Below are positions 1 to 15,244 of a stretch of 64,000 bases of DNA, one piece after another. Positions within the stretch are counted from its first letter, which is position 1, and every line of letters starts with the position of its first letter. The stretch lies in assembly GCF_009914755.1 (NCBI RefSeq), contig NC_060927.1. One strand, given 5' to 3'. This DNA is from the human T2T-CHM13v2.0 reference genome, Homo sapiens. Under the pieces are notes generated by a model, which saw only the letters and a list, made by a program, of their open reading frames with translations, searched no databases and was not told where the DNA came from. The position numbers and the translations under genes are program-made.

Positions 1-329
1 AGTTACTAGAGGGGTCAAGGTCAAAGTGGAATGTTTTGTGGAAAGAATAGAGATGTCATAAAACTTATAGAGTTGAGGAAATGAGTAGTTTTCTAGGAAT
101 TTTAGAATTCTGAAAGAGATTCTTGAATTTCCTGTTCTTCCTCTTCCTTGTCACCTCTTCCCTGCCTTCATACCCTCAGCCATATATGTGGCTATGGCCC
201 ACCAATAAGGATACTGGAGAAGTCCTGTCATAGAAACTCACCAAGAGAGCACTTCCACTTCTCCCCTTGGGTCCCTGCTCTAAGTCTTTGCATCTTTGCT
301 CTTCTGGTTTTGTCACCTGGCTTCTGACA

Positions 330-780
330 ATTCTTTAGGCCAAAAACTCCCTAGAAGCAGGGTTCAAGATGGGAATTCTTATGCACGTGATCTATTCAGG
401 GAGTACTTCCAAGAGAAATCTATAAGAAAGTGAGAGAAATAGGACAGAGAAGGGGAAAAAACTCTAGGCAAAGATGTGGTTTCAGATGAAATCTATCTTT
501 ATTCTTCATCCTTACCCTCTGGAGGGTAAACTGTACCACAGAGCCTGCCCTATCTTAAGATGAAGAAATGAATCCTGTGCTGGTGAGTCATTGGATCAGG
601 GCTGCCCCAGGTGGGAACAGAAGGAGTCAGGACACCAACTCCTGACACTACTGGGCTAGGCAGCTCCTGTTGCCCAAGGACACTTCCCTGGATGAGACTG
701 CAGATGTGAGATGTTAGCAAAAGCACCCACAGCTGCTGGTAAGAGGTAAGCAGAGATTTGGCTGGGACTACAGGTCCTTT
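330..780 (-). mobile_element. Old ERVL-class LTR fragment (LTR16/LTR33-like)
   Basis: 'ccctagaagcag...gatgggaattcttatgcacgtgatctattcagggag' resembles the recalled reverse end of this family; highly diverged. Confidence 0.4.
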
Positions 781-1344
781 GTTTTCTGTTGGCAACTCGT
801 TATGACCTTCTTCAGCTACAAGTCCTGGACAAGTGTGTTGTTTCTGGAAACCTCTGGTCAGTCCAGCAGCCTCTTCTCCTTCACACTCCACCCCAACCTT
901 CCATATTTCCTGATATTATAGTTCTTTGTGAATGCTAAAATCATGATTCGTGACCCAACCATGTTCCTTGTCAGAAGCAAGGTGGGAGAAACAAATTAAG
1001 ATGTTGCCATTACCACTCCCAGCTAGAACCACAAAGCAGAGACATTGCTAAGTATTTGTATTGCACAAAGAGTTATGCCTGACAGCAGTAAAATAGTAAG
1101 TTTTTATTAATGGGAGGGAGAAACTTGGTTATGCCCTTCATAAGAGTCTTAACTATGGGAAGAGTGATTGTGTATCCTTATGGAATGGAGAACAGTGGCC
1201 TCTGAGCACCTGCTTAGACCAGGTGACTAGTTCCTCATGACTCAATAGGTAAATGAGATGAACTTTGTGTAATCTTTCATGCATACCATTCATGTGATAA
1301 TGTGGTAAATGGGTGGGGCTATCACCAGACAAATTTTGTTTTAC

Positions 1345-1495
1345 ATTCTAGTTTCATAGCTCATCAGCTGTTACAGCTTGGAAAAGTTACTCACTTTTTG
1401 GAGACTCATTTATAAAACAGAGAGAGTACATACGTTGCAAAGTTGTTATGAAATTAAACACCACCTGGCACATAGTAGGAACTCAATAAATGAAA
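1345..1495 (+). mobile_element. MIR SINE
   Basis: Core 'ttggaaaagttactcact' and terminal 'cctggcacatagtaggaactcaataaatg'. Confidence 0.7.
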
Positions 1496-2288
1496 GTCAT
1501 CATTCTCAGATTATTTCCTTCTACAGAAATAAAAACTAGAGGGGTGTGGGTGTTCAAGTGGGTATTGAAGTTGGAGTGGCAGAGAGACAGGGTTGGGGGA
1601 GAATATGTGCACTAGTGCTCAATTATTATTGTTCTGTTTAAACACCTATTACTTTATGAAATGCAACAATTTTTACATGAAACGTTATGATTATCTATAC
1701 TTTAAAGAACCAGAGACCAAGAAATAGTTTGTTGTTTTTTTCTCTGTAGAGATCTGTTGATGAATATTAATGACACTCTTTACTCTCCTGCATACTTGCA
1801 AAGCTACAGGGAAACCAACTAATGCAAGTTCTAGGTTGAGGCAGTATCTGAGGTTCTTGTTGATCCCATTTCCCGTCCACCTAGCTCTTTCCAGAAAAGC
1901 CTATTCCAACATGGAAAACAGATGAAAATATCAGCTCCTTACTGAGCAGAATCAGTCCTGCCTCCTCCGGATTCTGGGGAATGGACTCAGGTCTTGGGTC
2001 TCTACATAAACCCCCAAATGCCAAGACATCTAGCTGTCTGCCCTTCAGTTATGATTCATCATAAGACTGACAGACATCCAGTCAATGTTTTTCTACAAAT
2101 GACCCAGAATCTTCCTCATTCTTTCAGTAGGCAGATTCTACTTCCTTAGTGACTTTTTGTGGGTGTCATTTGAAAACTGGTATTTGTGCCATATGTCACA
2201 CCAAAATTTCTCTGCTTGCCTGCATTGAGTATATATTTGCTGACAGTCTTGGGAGTTAAAGAAAAAAGGAATACCTGTTCTTAGGTAA

Positions 2289-2584
<296 letters not shown>

Positions 2585-2814
2585 CATGTCACCCCATTTT
2601 CTAAGCTCTTGAGTCCCTGATTCTGTGAATATAAACTATATTATACCTCTCTGATTCTAAAAATGTATATTAGAATATGAGACAGTGTTTGTCAACTATA
2701 GGATCTTCTGATACAGATGCTGATTCATTTGCTCTTTTTGTAATGGTTGCCATAATTACCCTAGTTTACGATAGCTTTATTATATAACAGCTTAGAAAAA
2801 AAAAAGATTGTTTA

Positions 2815-3040
2815 CTCTGGTCTCAGAACTATTCTCAGCAATTTTCATGGACTTACCTCGTTCGGTCCTCACAACTAAATCATGAGGTAGAAAACTGCTA
2901 TTATACCTGTTTTACAGCTGATAAAGCTATAGTGTAGAGGTTTAAATCACTTGCTCAAAGTCAAACAGTAAAAAGGGGAGCTGACATTTGATCATGGGGC
3001 CAACTGATTCTGGCACATACATTCTTAGCACTTGTACCTT
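2815..3040 (-). mobile_element. MIR SINE
   Basis: 'cctcacaac...gaggtag...ttttacagctgataaa...cacttgctcaaagtca'. Confidence 0.7.
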
Positions 3041-3062
3041 ACAGAATGTCAATTGTGAGTGA

Positions 3063-3379
<317 letters not shown>

Positions 3380-3486
3380 TAAAAGTTAAATGAATTAAAT
3401 TCCAGTCAAGTTTAGACATGTGGTATAATGGAACAGCTGAGCTATGTAAATAGAGTATTGTGAGTTACATTTCTTTGAATACCTAC

Positions 3487-3876
3487 TGTATTAGTCTGTT
3501 AGCGCTGCCATAACAAAATATCAACTGGATGGCTTAAACAACAGAAATTTGCTTTCTTGTGGTTCTGGAGGTTAGAAGTCTGAGATCAGATGCTGGCAGA
3601 ATGCATTTTTCCTGAGGCCTTTCTCCTTGGCTTACAGATTTTCCCCTTCTTGCTGTGCATTTGCATGGTGGCTCTCTGTGCATGTATATGTCTGTGTCCT
3701 AATCTCCTTTTCTTATAAGAATACAAGTCATATTAAATTAAGGCCCACGCTAACGATTCTATTTTAATTGGTTACCTTTCTAAAGACCCTGTCTCCAAAT
3801 ACAATCACATTCCAAGGCACTAGGGATTAGGACTTCAACATATTAATATTTGGGATCCACGATTTAGCCCATAATA
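3487..3876 (-). mobile_element. MaLR solo LTR (MLT1A/B-like)
   Basis: 'tgtattagtc...gctgccataacaaaata...ggcttaaacaacagaaattt'; 5-bp TSD cctac at 3482-3486 and 3877-3881. Confidence 0.9.
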
Positions 3877-4811
3877 CCTACTAAATACTTGGCACTCTAA
3901 ACATTTTGGAAAATTCCAAACATTTTGGAAAATAACTTACAAAGGTGAATGAATCAGGCTTACTTCCTCTCTGCAAGGGATCTACAAGTTTCTACATAAC
4001 AATGTTATGGGGCATAAGGTGAGATTTGGCACTTAAGAAATACAGAATAAAGTTCAGTAGGTAGTCAGGAAAATGCGAGGTGACTTTCTGTTCGGAGAGT
4101 AGGTCAAAACATGCTTCATGGTAAATATAGCATTTGAGAAAGTTTCTACACAGGATTTGATCTGAGGTAAAAAAGGCAAACGTAGATAATTTTTGTCCAT
4201 GATAGTCTAAATTCAAAGAAACAATGGGATATTACACTGCTTATTCATGTTTTTTGTTCTTTTTTTTTTTTTTTTTGTCTTTCTATAACTATTCCCTCAC
4301 CCCTTCTGATTGGAGGTCTGTTATTGGAGTTCAGAGTTTTAAAGGAAACACGGTAAGATGGGGGAAGATGGTTATTAGAGCTTAGGTGACTACAGTGGAT
4401 GGATTCTTACTTAAATCTCTCATCCCACTTCACCCCTCTCCAAGCATTCCAAGTTGCGCCACCAGTCGTTTAACTGATAGAGGGAAATCTCACCTAGACC
4501 CAGGGAGGACCTTGAGTCATGAATAGGTCAAAAAAGTTAATAAATAGGCCTTTCAGTCATATCACACATTGTGCTTTTCAAAGTATTTTGCCATATTTGA
4601 TTCTCCTGAAAATGACACTGTGAAAGAAATGTTTAATAATAATGTGGTGGTTTTTTTTGCACTACTTGCCTTATCAGATCAATTCTCCAGCCTTTTCTGT
4701 CTGCTTCTTTCCTCTGTGATTCAGTACTAAGGCCTGCATCACCCAGGCGCTCTTGTGCAACGGCTTCCTTCTGGGTTTTGTAGCATCTCTCTTCAAGATT
4801 ATTCCCTTTCA

Positions 4812-7410
4812 TAGATAAACTCCTAGACACGTACAACCTACCATGAATGAACCATGAAGAAATCCAAAATCTCACTAAATCAATAACAAGTAAAGAGATT
4901 GAAGCTATAATTTAAAGTTTTCCATCAAAGAAAAGCCCAGGATCTGAAGGATTCATTGACACATTCTACCAAACATTTAAAGAAGAACTAATACCAATTC
5001 TACTTAAATGCTTCAAAAATATTGAAGAAAAGAGAATACTTCCAAACTCATTCGATGAGGCCGGCATTACCCTGATACCAAAACCAGACAAGAACACAGC
5101 AAAAAAAGTAAACCACAAGCCAATATTACTGATGAACATAGATGCAAAAATCCTCAACAAAATACTAGTAAAGCAAATTCAGCAATACATTAAAAAGATC
5201 ATTCACCACGGTCAGTGAGATTCATCCTGGGGATGCGAGGATGGTTCAACACATGCAAATCAATAAACACAATACATCACATTAATAGAATCAAGAACAA
5301 AATCAATGATTGTTTTAAGAGATGTCAAGAAAACATTTGATAAAATTCAATATTCCTTTTTGAAAAAAATGCTCATCCAAATGGATATAGAAGGAATATG
5401 CCTCCAAATAACAAAGGCCATATGTGACAAACCCATGGCTAACATCATACTGAATGGGCAAAAATTGAAGACCTTTTCTGTGGAACAATTCTGGAAAAAG
5501 ACAAAGATGCCCACTTTTGCTGCTATTATTCAACATAATACTAGAAGTCCTGGTGAGAGCAATTAGGCAAGAGAAATAAAAAGAAGATACCCATGTTGGA
5601 AAGGAAGAAGTAAAATTAGCCTTGTTCTCAGACAACATGGTTTTATCCTTAGAAAAACCTCATGACTCCACCAAAAAAAAAAAAAAAAAACCACTGTAAG
5701 AACTGAACAGGACGCAAAATCAACATACAAAAATCAGTAACATTTATATACACCAAGAGCAAACAATTTGAGAAGCACATCAAGAAAGCAATTCCATTTA
5801 AAATAGCTATAAGAATATTCATATAAAATACCTAGGAAGCAATGTAACCAAAGAAGTGAAAGATTTATACATGGAAAACTAACACTAATGAAAGAATAGG
5901 ACACTTGAAAAAATGAAAAGATATTATATGTTAATGGATTTAAACAATCAATACTGTTAAAATGGCAATACTACCCAAAACAATTTATAGATTCAGTGCA
6001 ATCTCTATCAAAATACCAACGATAATCTTCACAAAAATAGAAAAAAGAATCTTAAAATTTATATAGAACCACAAAAGACCCCAAATATTGAAAGCGATCC
6101 TGAGGGGGAAAAAAAAAAGCTGGAGGCACCACACTACCTGACTTCAAAATTTACTACAAAGCAATTGTAACCAAAACAGCATGGTAGTGGCATTAAAAAC
6201 AGACACAGAGCAATGGAACAAAATAGAAAACCCAGTTATAAATCCGTGCATTTACAACCAACTCATCTTCTACAATGGAGAAACAACAGTCTGTTCAATA
6301 AATGATGCTTTGAAAACTGTATAACTACATGCAGAAAAATGAAACTAGGTCCCTATCTCTTACCATACACAAAAATAAAATAAAAATGGATTATAGAATC
6401 TAAGACCTGAAACTATGAAACTACTAGAACAGAAAAAAAAAAAACAACATTGGGGAAATGCTTCAGGACATTGATGTAGGCAAAAATTTCTTTTGTGTAA
6501 GAATTCAAAAGCACAGGCAACCAAACCAAAAATAGACAATTGGGATTATGTCCATATAAAAAGCCTCTGCACAGCAAAGGAAACAATCAACAAAGTGAAG
6601 AAACTACCCACAGAATGGGGGGACATATTTGCAAACCATCTATCTGGCAAAATATTAATAACAAGAATATATAAGGACCTCAAGCAAAAAAACACAAATA
6701 ATCCAATTTAAAATGGGCAAAAGATCTAAACAGATATTTCTCAAAAGAAAAATACAAATGGTCAATAGGTATATAAAAAATACTCAGCATCACTAATCAT
6801 CAGCGAAATGCAAATCAAAGCCACAATAAGGTATCATTTCACTCAAGTTAAAATGGCTTGTGTGAAAAAGACAGAGAGTAACAGATGCTGGCAAGGATGT
6901 GGAGAAATAGGAACCCTCATACAGTGTTGCTGGGAATGTAAATTAGTACGGCCACTATGGGGAACAGTATGAAGTCTCCTCAAAAAACTAAAAATAGAAC
7001 TACCATATGGTCCAGCATCCCATTTCTGTGTACATAACCAAAAAAAAAAAAAAGAGGAAATTAATGTATCCCAAGGAGCTATCTACACTTCGATGTTTAT
7101 TACAGCACTATTCACAATAGCCAAAATATGAAATCAATCTAAGCACCCATCAACAAATGAATGGATTAAAAACATGTGGTATATATACACAATGGAATAT
7201 TTTTCAGCCATAAAAAATAATGAAATCCTGTCATTTGCAACAACCTGGGCAGAACTGGGGCCATTATGTTAAGTGAAATAAGCCAAGCACAGAAAGACAA
7301 ACATCACACTCATGCGTGGATGCTAAAAACCTAGATCTCATGAAAATAGAGAGTAGATTGGTGGTTACCAGAGGCCTGGAAGAGGAGACGAGAGAGGTTA
7401 AGAGAAAAGG
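4812..7410 (+). mobile_element. L1 (L1MA-like), 5'-truncated; degenerate ORF2 RT/C-terminal region plus 3'UTR
   Basis: Broken frames give the L1 ORF2 motifs '[16 protein letters not shown]', 'FDKIQ' and 'LFSDNM' (degenerate FADD, about 5622-5639); L1MA-type 3'UTR 'gagagtagattggtggttaccagagg'. Confidence 0.93.
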
Positions 7411-7817
7411 AAAATCCACTGACTAGACGTATTATCTTTTTTAAAAATTTTTTAAATTCTTTAATTTTTATTTCAATAGCTTTTGGGGTACAAACTTTTT
7501 TTCACCTACATATAGAGGTGAATTCTGATATTTCATTGCACTTGACCACGAAGTAGAATACATCGTACCTAACGCAGTGTTTTTTATCCCTCTCCTCTCT
7601 CCCACTCTCCCCATTCTGAGTCTCTTAAGTTTATTATATCACTCTGTATGTCTTTGATTACTCATAGCTTAGCTTCTGCTTATAAGTGAGAACATACAGT
7701 TTTTGGTTTTCTGCTTCTGTGTTACTTCACATAGAATAATGGCCTCCAGCTCCATCTAAGTTGTGGCAAAAGACATTATTTTGTTCCTTTTAATGGCCAA
7801 GTAGTATTTCATGGTGT

Positions 7818-8090
7818 CTATCTATCTATATACATCTATATGATATCTATCATATATATATCTATCTATATACATATATATGGTATCTATCATATATGAT
7901 ATATCTATACATATATATGATATCTATCATATATGATATATCTATATACATATATATCATATATATCTATATACATATATGATATCTATCATATATATGA
8001 TATATCTATATACATATGTAATCTATCTATATACATATATATGATATACATATATATGAGATACATTTATACATATATATGTTATATATA
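7818..8090. repeat. AT-rich minisatellite, unit about 37-41 bp (tatctatcatatatgatatatctatacatatatatga)
   Basis: About 5 imperfect units read directly. Confidence 0.85.
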
Positions 8091-8465
8091 ATATCACATT
8101 TTCTTATCCACTCATTAGTCAATGGGCACTTAGGTTGGTTCCACATCTTTGTGATTGTGAATTGTCCTGCCATAAACATACATTTGCAAGTGTCTTTTTC
8201 ATAAAATGACTTCTTTCCCTTTGAGTGGATAGCCAGTAGTGGGATTGCTGAATCCAATGGTAGATCTACTTTTAACTCTTTAAGGAATCTCCATACTGTT
8301 TTCCAAATAGGGTATGCTAATACACATTCCCACCAGCAGTGTATAAATGTTTCCTTCTCCCCAAATTCACACCAACATCTATGTGTTTTGACTTTTTAAT
8401 AATGGCTATTCTTACCAGTATAAGGTGGTATCTCATTGTGGTTTTAATTTGCATTTCCCTGATGA

Positions 8466-8802
<337 letters not shown>

Positions 8803-9750
8803 TTTGTATATCTTCTTTTGAGAATTATCTATTCATGTCCTTTGCCCACTTTTTAATAGGATTATTTGGTATTTTTCTTGCTGATTTTTTTGAGTTCAGG
8901 CAGATATATTATCTTTAATTTAATTATTTATTATTGGATTTTGTAATGTTTTCCAATTTCATCATTAAAACCAATGCTGTAAGAAAAAAAGTTTTATTGC
9001 ATTCCAGAAAATATAGAGCTGCTGCATTCTTTATAATAGCTCCCCAATTTTGCACTCTGTGCATTTTTTGTAACTTAAGAGTTAGTAATCTTCAAAAGAA
9101 GAATGACATACTGAAGACCCCTTGCCCCTGAGGTTTTCGCAGCAGGGAGGAATTACAGAAGTGGAACATAGATCTGTAGGCTAATATATTGTTCTTTGCA
9201 TTCCTAATTTGTTAAGCAATCTTCTAGATCGCATTATATAATACTAACCTTCTGCTATGACAAATAATACAACAATGTTCATACTGTTCGCTATTGTATG
9301 GATGTCATTTCTTACATAGAGAAGTATATTATTTCTAGAAATTGAGTCATCATGGGGTCAAACTGTATGTCATTTTTAACACAAAAAACAAGCTTCTGAT
9401 TTTTCTCCATAAAAAGATCTAACCATTTACACTCCTATACAGCAATGTGAAAGAGGTGCGTAGAGTCAAACTATATAGTAAGAAAGATAAAAATTGTTAC
9501 CTCGATGATTTTAATTTGAATTTATCTTATTACAAACAAAAATGCACATTTTATTATTATTTAAGAATCACTTGTATTTCATTCATCTCTAAACTATCAG
9601 TTTTTGTCTATTGGGTTTTCCTTTTTCTATTCATTCATAGAAATTTGGTTATGTGCTGCAAAAACACACACATTTACACAAACACGTATATTAAGTTTTT
9701 ATTTGTGCTTTGAAAATAGTGTTTTGTGACCTGTAATGTTTTACATGTAG

Positions 9751-10377
<627 letters not shown>

Positions 10378-10476
10378 TAAAATCATTGGAAACCAAAGTC
10401 AAAGGAGGCAGTAATATGATTCATAAAGTAAAAATCTTCAAACATTTATTTCAATCTTTCTTCATTTACAAACAAT

Positions 10477-10580
10477 TCTTCTCCCTCTCGTTCTCTGTCT
10501 CTCTCTGCCTCTGTGTGTGTCTCTCTCTCCCTCTCTCTCCTTCTTGCTCCTGCTCCCTCTCTCTGTCTCCTTCCCTCCTT
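10477..10580. repeat. CT-rich low-complexity tract
   Basis: Direct reading. Confidence 0.8.
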
Positions 10581-10983
10581 GCATTGTTTCAAATCTGACT
10601 TGAAGAACAGGACATAATTAATTTTCAACTTTTAAATCTTCCTCTTCAACCTGAAGCAAAACTTCATAATGCACTTTTGAGTATATGAAGATTAAAATAA
10701 CATCAAATGAAAATCAAGAAGGGGAGGCTATGAAGTCAAAAGTCATACTTGCCATGGACAAAGTGCATAGATAATTATATGCTGGGTGAATATGGGGAGT
10801 GAGAAATGATATATTTTTGAAATGTCTCGTCATTTTAAAAACAGTATTCTACATTTTTTAAAAAATCTGAGAAACCAGGTAAATTGGGAAGGCTACCTAA
10901 ATATGTCACCCTAAATTATTTGCTGGTCACTTTTATTCATTCCAAGTTCGTAGATGTGTTTCTGATTAAAGCTGGTTTCCTCA

Positions 10984-11050
10984 TACAGACACACACACAC
11001 ACAAATACGCACACACACACACATATATATATACATATATACACAAATAC
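10984..11050. repeat. Imperfect (CA)n/(TA)n microsatellite
   Basis: Direct reading. Confidence 0.85.
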
Positions 11051-11210
11051 AGTTCATCTGTGGAAAAACTAAGACTGAAATGAAATATGTATCATGAAAG
11101 TAATACATATTTGGTGATGGCAGAGGTCAAAAAACTAGGATAACTCTGGAGTATGTTGTTATCACTAAGAAACTTTTTTAAAAGGAGAAAGCCTACTTTT
11201 TTACTATGAG

Positions 11211-11396
11211 CAGTGGTCAGTAAAGGCTTTTGGTAAAGGGCCAGATAGTAAATATTTTCAGATTTAAAGACTCTGCCAAAAACAACCATAGATGAGATGT
11301 AAATAAATGGGTATGGCAGTGTTTCAATAAAACATTATTTCAAGAAACAGGTTGCAAGCTGGATTTAGCCTATGGGTCATAGTTTACTGGCCCCTG
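11211..11396. mobile_element. MER58A-like hAT-Charlie element
   Basis: 'gtaaagggccagatagtaaatatttt' ... 'catagtttactggcccctg'; CAG...CTG termini. Confidence 0.85.
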
Positions 11397-11413
11397 ATGT
11401 AGAAAGTAAGTAA

Positions 11414-11615
11414 TTTTTTTGGGTGGGGGGCACGGACAGGGTCTTGCTCTGAGATCAGGTGTAGTAACCAGATCTCAACTCACTGCAACCTCTGCTTTGG
11501 CCTAAAGCCATCCTCCCACCTCATTGTCTCAAATAGCTGGGACTACAAGCGCGTGCCACCATGCCCAGCTAATTTTTGTATTTTTGCACAGATAGAATTT
11601 TGTTATTGCACCCAG
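11414..11615 (-). mobile_element. Old Alu fragment (AluJ-like right arm plus linker)
   Basis: 'cagggtcttgctctg...ccatcctcccacctc...gccaccatgcccagctaatttttgta'. Confidence 0.85.
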
Positions 11616-11659
11616 CAGCTAAATGATTATTTAAATGATGTTTGTTTGCAATATATATA

Positions 11660-12175
11660 TCTACGCTGGATATTTTCTGTTTGACTCTCCACATGCACTT
11701 ACCATCCTTCTCCATCCTGCTTTCTGTAGGGAAAGTTGGCTTATATGGACCCATCATTTCACAATCTAATTCCCTGGCTTCTGTTTAAGTTCAGCCAAGA
11801 GGAGACATTGTTAGAAACTCAGAAGGCCAAAGGAAAATGGGGACAAGATACAGTCTAGCTTCCTTCATGCTAGGTTAACACAGGTTGCGTATATCCCTCC
11901 GTAAAAGGTCACAGCTCTAGTCTGACGATCTTCTCTACAGCTACAGCTGGGCTCTCAGGGTTCTGTTTACTGCTCCCACCCCTGGTCCCTTCAGGCTTAT
12001 GGGTTGTGCTTAGAGCTTCCTAATGTACTAGCCCCTGAATATTCCTTGTTGATTTCCCTTAAATCAAAGTGATTCCTATTCCCACTTCACTAAATAGTTC
12101 CTTTTAGTAAATTGTTTTGAATTATTCTACTTGAATGTGCCATCTGTTTCCTGCCAGGAACTTTGACAGATCTAG
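11660..12175 (+). mobile_element. ERVL LTR (LTR33-like)
   Basis: 3' end 'ttgaatgtgccatctgtttcctgccagga' and internal 'ctggcttctgtttaagttcagccaa'. Confidence 0.6.
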
Positions 12176-12832
12176 TATATTTTTCCTTGAGCAATTTTAA
12201 ATATTTTGTAATATCAATTTTATAATACCAAAATGCTATCTATCGTATGTATTTCAGAGAGGTCAGTGAATGTAAAAATGCACTACTTTATTCTGTCCGA
12301 CACTAAAATAAGGCACCTAACCCTGGCCACCATGTTTTCTCTTCTGTATTTGCTCATGTTAACATTCTTCAAAGGCCACATATATTCAACAGCAGGACCT
12401 GAAAGCTTTTATTTACCCAAAACACTGATGAGCTCATGCTGTTTTCTACCTACCTTCATCCTGCCATATGAAACTCAAAAACAAAAGCAATGCTAAGACA
12501 TTAAACAAGGGTAAAAGCAACTCAATGTTTGGGGTATTTTCCTAAAATAACTACTTTGGTAATTTGAAAATTTACAAACAATTTCAAAATAAAATAATTG
12601 CCCTTCTGATTAATTGATGTCTTAAGCGTGTACTTGATTTTTCTTATTGGAAAATTCAGAACTGCTGTGTGATATGAAGGCCAACTTCCTCGTCATGGAA
12701 TTAAGGATTCATGATGACCTGCTTTATGCCTACCTTTCCAGACTAGGTTCCCAACATTCCACCCTCCATGTTTGCACTTTAAACCCTATAGTCATGCAGA
12801 GTTTGTAATGGGTATTAAATCTAAGTCTTTTT

Positions 12833-13162
12833 TGTTTGTTTTCTTTTTTTGTTTTTTGTTTCTTTTTGGCACAGGGTTTTGCTTTGTCACCCAGGCTGGA
12901 GTACAGTAGCACGATCACAGCTCATTGTAGCCTGGAGCTCCAGGGCTCAAGCAATCTTCCCACCTCAGCCTCGCAAGAAGTACTTGGGACTACAGGTGTG
13001 TGCCACCACACCAAGCTAATCATTTTATTTTATTTTTTTGTCGAGATGGGGTCTCTCTATGTTGCCATGGCTGGTCTGGAACTCCTGGGCTCAAGCAATC
13101 CTTTCACCTCAGCCTTCCAAAGTGCTGGGATTACAGGTGTGAGCCATTGATGAACGGAGCCT
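12833..13162 (-). mobile_element. AluJ
   Basis: J-type 'gatcacagctcattgtagcct', 'ctcctgggctcaagcaatcc'; candidate TSD aagtcttttt. Confidence 0.93.
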
Positions 13163-13319
13163 CAAAGTCTTTTTGAATGGTGTCCCATGGAGTTGTGCAA
13201 CGTGGTGACTCTGTTTCAGCCATTTTTCTGTACTGTTCTCTATTGTATCCACCCCAACGCTATACTCCACACATACCCATACACACATATACATACAATC
13301 CAAGTTCAAGTCCCCGATT

Positions 13320-13580
13320 TTGTTCATGCTTTCACATTATGTGGAATGCTCCACCTCCTCCCACACGTGCACCCAGGCCATCTTCACAAGGCTAATACCT
13401 GTTATTCTTTGAGCCTCAACTCGGACATCTCCCCACCAAGCAACCTTTCCTGAGCACTTCACCTTTTACTTGGCACCTCTGCAGGCCTCTAACAGTGTAT
13501 TCCATACTGGTCTGTGATCATATTTTGATATTGCTCTTTTCTATTAGACTATAAGGGTCTTAAGGGCAAAGATAATTTCT
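13320..13580 (+). mobile_element. L2 3' fragment
   Basis: 'tggaatgctc...aacctttcctga...attagactataag...taagggcaaaga'. Confidence 0.55.
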
Positions 13581-14171
13581 TTCTCGCCTTCTTTGTCTTT
13601 GGCTTGATGAACTCAACTATTTTAAGTTCTTTGCAGTATAGCCTTCCTGAAAGTTGTAATGTAAGTGGCTAAAGTCATTCCTCAAAACTCTATGAAACTT
13701 TCAGACAGCTTTAAACACTCCTCCCTGTGTCATTTTCACCATAGGTGTGTAGCACTCCCAATCCCAGGTTCCCCTGGGCTTTCTGTAACAGAAAGCATCT
13801 TTTTGGATTTTGCCCTGCCCAGGTTGAGCTCCTGGCTTTAGACTTTCTCTTTCCTTATTAAAATTGCTTCTTTCTAGCAAGCTCTTCGACCCAACTATCT
13901 AGCGATTAATTTAATAAATTAGTCTAGTATTTCCAAGAGGGTGTGGTAAATTATTTAAGGTAGTATATGGACAAACTATTTTAATAGATATAACTAATTT
14001 TATTGTTTTTATGATTTATATAACTAACACATGAAATGAATAGTTTAATAGTTACTATTGCTTATGAGAAGGCTGAAATTCAAAAACTAAGTTAGTTTAA
14101 AAAAATGTTAAATAAGGATACAGGTAACACACAAATGTAACACCCAAAACAAGAAGAGAAATCCTCAGATA

Positions 14172-14603
14172 TGATGATGGTCAGTTCTATGTGCCAATTT
14201 GTCAATGCTGTTGCACCAGTGATTCAATCAAACACTAATCTAGGTGTTGCTGTGAATGTGTTTTGTAAATATGAATAGCATATATAATTAGTTACTTTTA
14301 AGTAAAGGAGACTATCATCTCTAATGTGCTTGACCCTGACTCTGTCCACTGAAAGTCCTTGAAAGCACAGGTGAGCTTTTCTTGACAAGGAAGAAATTCT
14401 TCCTGTGGACTGTAGCATCAACTTCTGCCTAACTTCAAGCCTGCCCTTCCCAATGGTCTACCCTGCGGATTTCAGACTTGTCACCAGCCTCCACAATCAT
14501 AAAAGACAATTCCTTGCACAGATAGATAAGATAGATAGATAGACAGATAGGTAGATAGATATCCTACCAATTCTTTTTATCTGGTATAACCCTGAATGAT
14601 ATA
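14172..14603 (+). mobile_element. MLT2-family LTR (MLT2D-like) with (GATA)n tract at about 14520-14561
   Basis: 'gattcaatcaaacactaatctaggtgttgctgtgaa' and end 'aaccctgaatgatata'. Confidence 0.8.
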
Positions 14604-15244
14604 TCCAATGACTGAAGTTTTGCTTAAGGTTTTCCTGGCCTACAATAACTGCATATTAACTCTAACTTTCTGGAAATAATGCTTAGAATCAGAACTTGAC
14701 TTTATTGTCAACTATTATTGTTGTAAATAAAAGTGAGATATTAGTATTCAAAACTTGACAAGATACCATTGCTCCCTTTTCCTGCTTTTACCCACTTTAT
14801 TTGTATTGGCTTGTGGATAAGAGGTCCCTGCCAAAATGTGTCAACTGGCATAGGAAGAGTAATTTATTTCAGCTAGCATATGTAACCTGACTCAGTAAAA
14901 CGGTGCTGGTACTTGATAACCACATGTGCTGTCAAAATAGAGGTGCAGCTTAGAATCCTAGGATCCTGGAGAATTCAAGCTCCACCAAGCTCTCATCAGA
15001 ATAACTTGAAATGTTATTTAAAATGGTGTTTCCTAGACCATCCGTCTCAGTTCTGCTACAGAAGACCCAGATTTTTACAGGCTTCCCACATGATACTTAC
15101 AATGCTTTAGGAGTTCCCTAGTGGACCTGCAAAATGGTTCTGTCTTTACATTTTTAAAATTTTAGGATTCTGTAACATAGTGTATTTGAGAAATCTCTGT
15201 TATAGCTACAAGGACCCCAATATTTAGAATCCACTTAACTAGTC

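Noticed and set aside
550-891. 113-aa ORF on the - strand
   Set aside because: Overlaps a probable old LTR, uses a non-ATG start and resembles no protein I recognise.
3899-3933. 16-bp direct repeat aaacattttggaaaat
   Set aside because: Trivial slippage duplication with no further structure.
4812-7330. Reverse-transcriptase-like peptides as a possible novel RT system
   Set aside because: Ordinary decayed L1 ORF2 with many stops and frameshifts and a mutated FADD motif.
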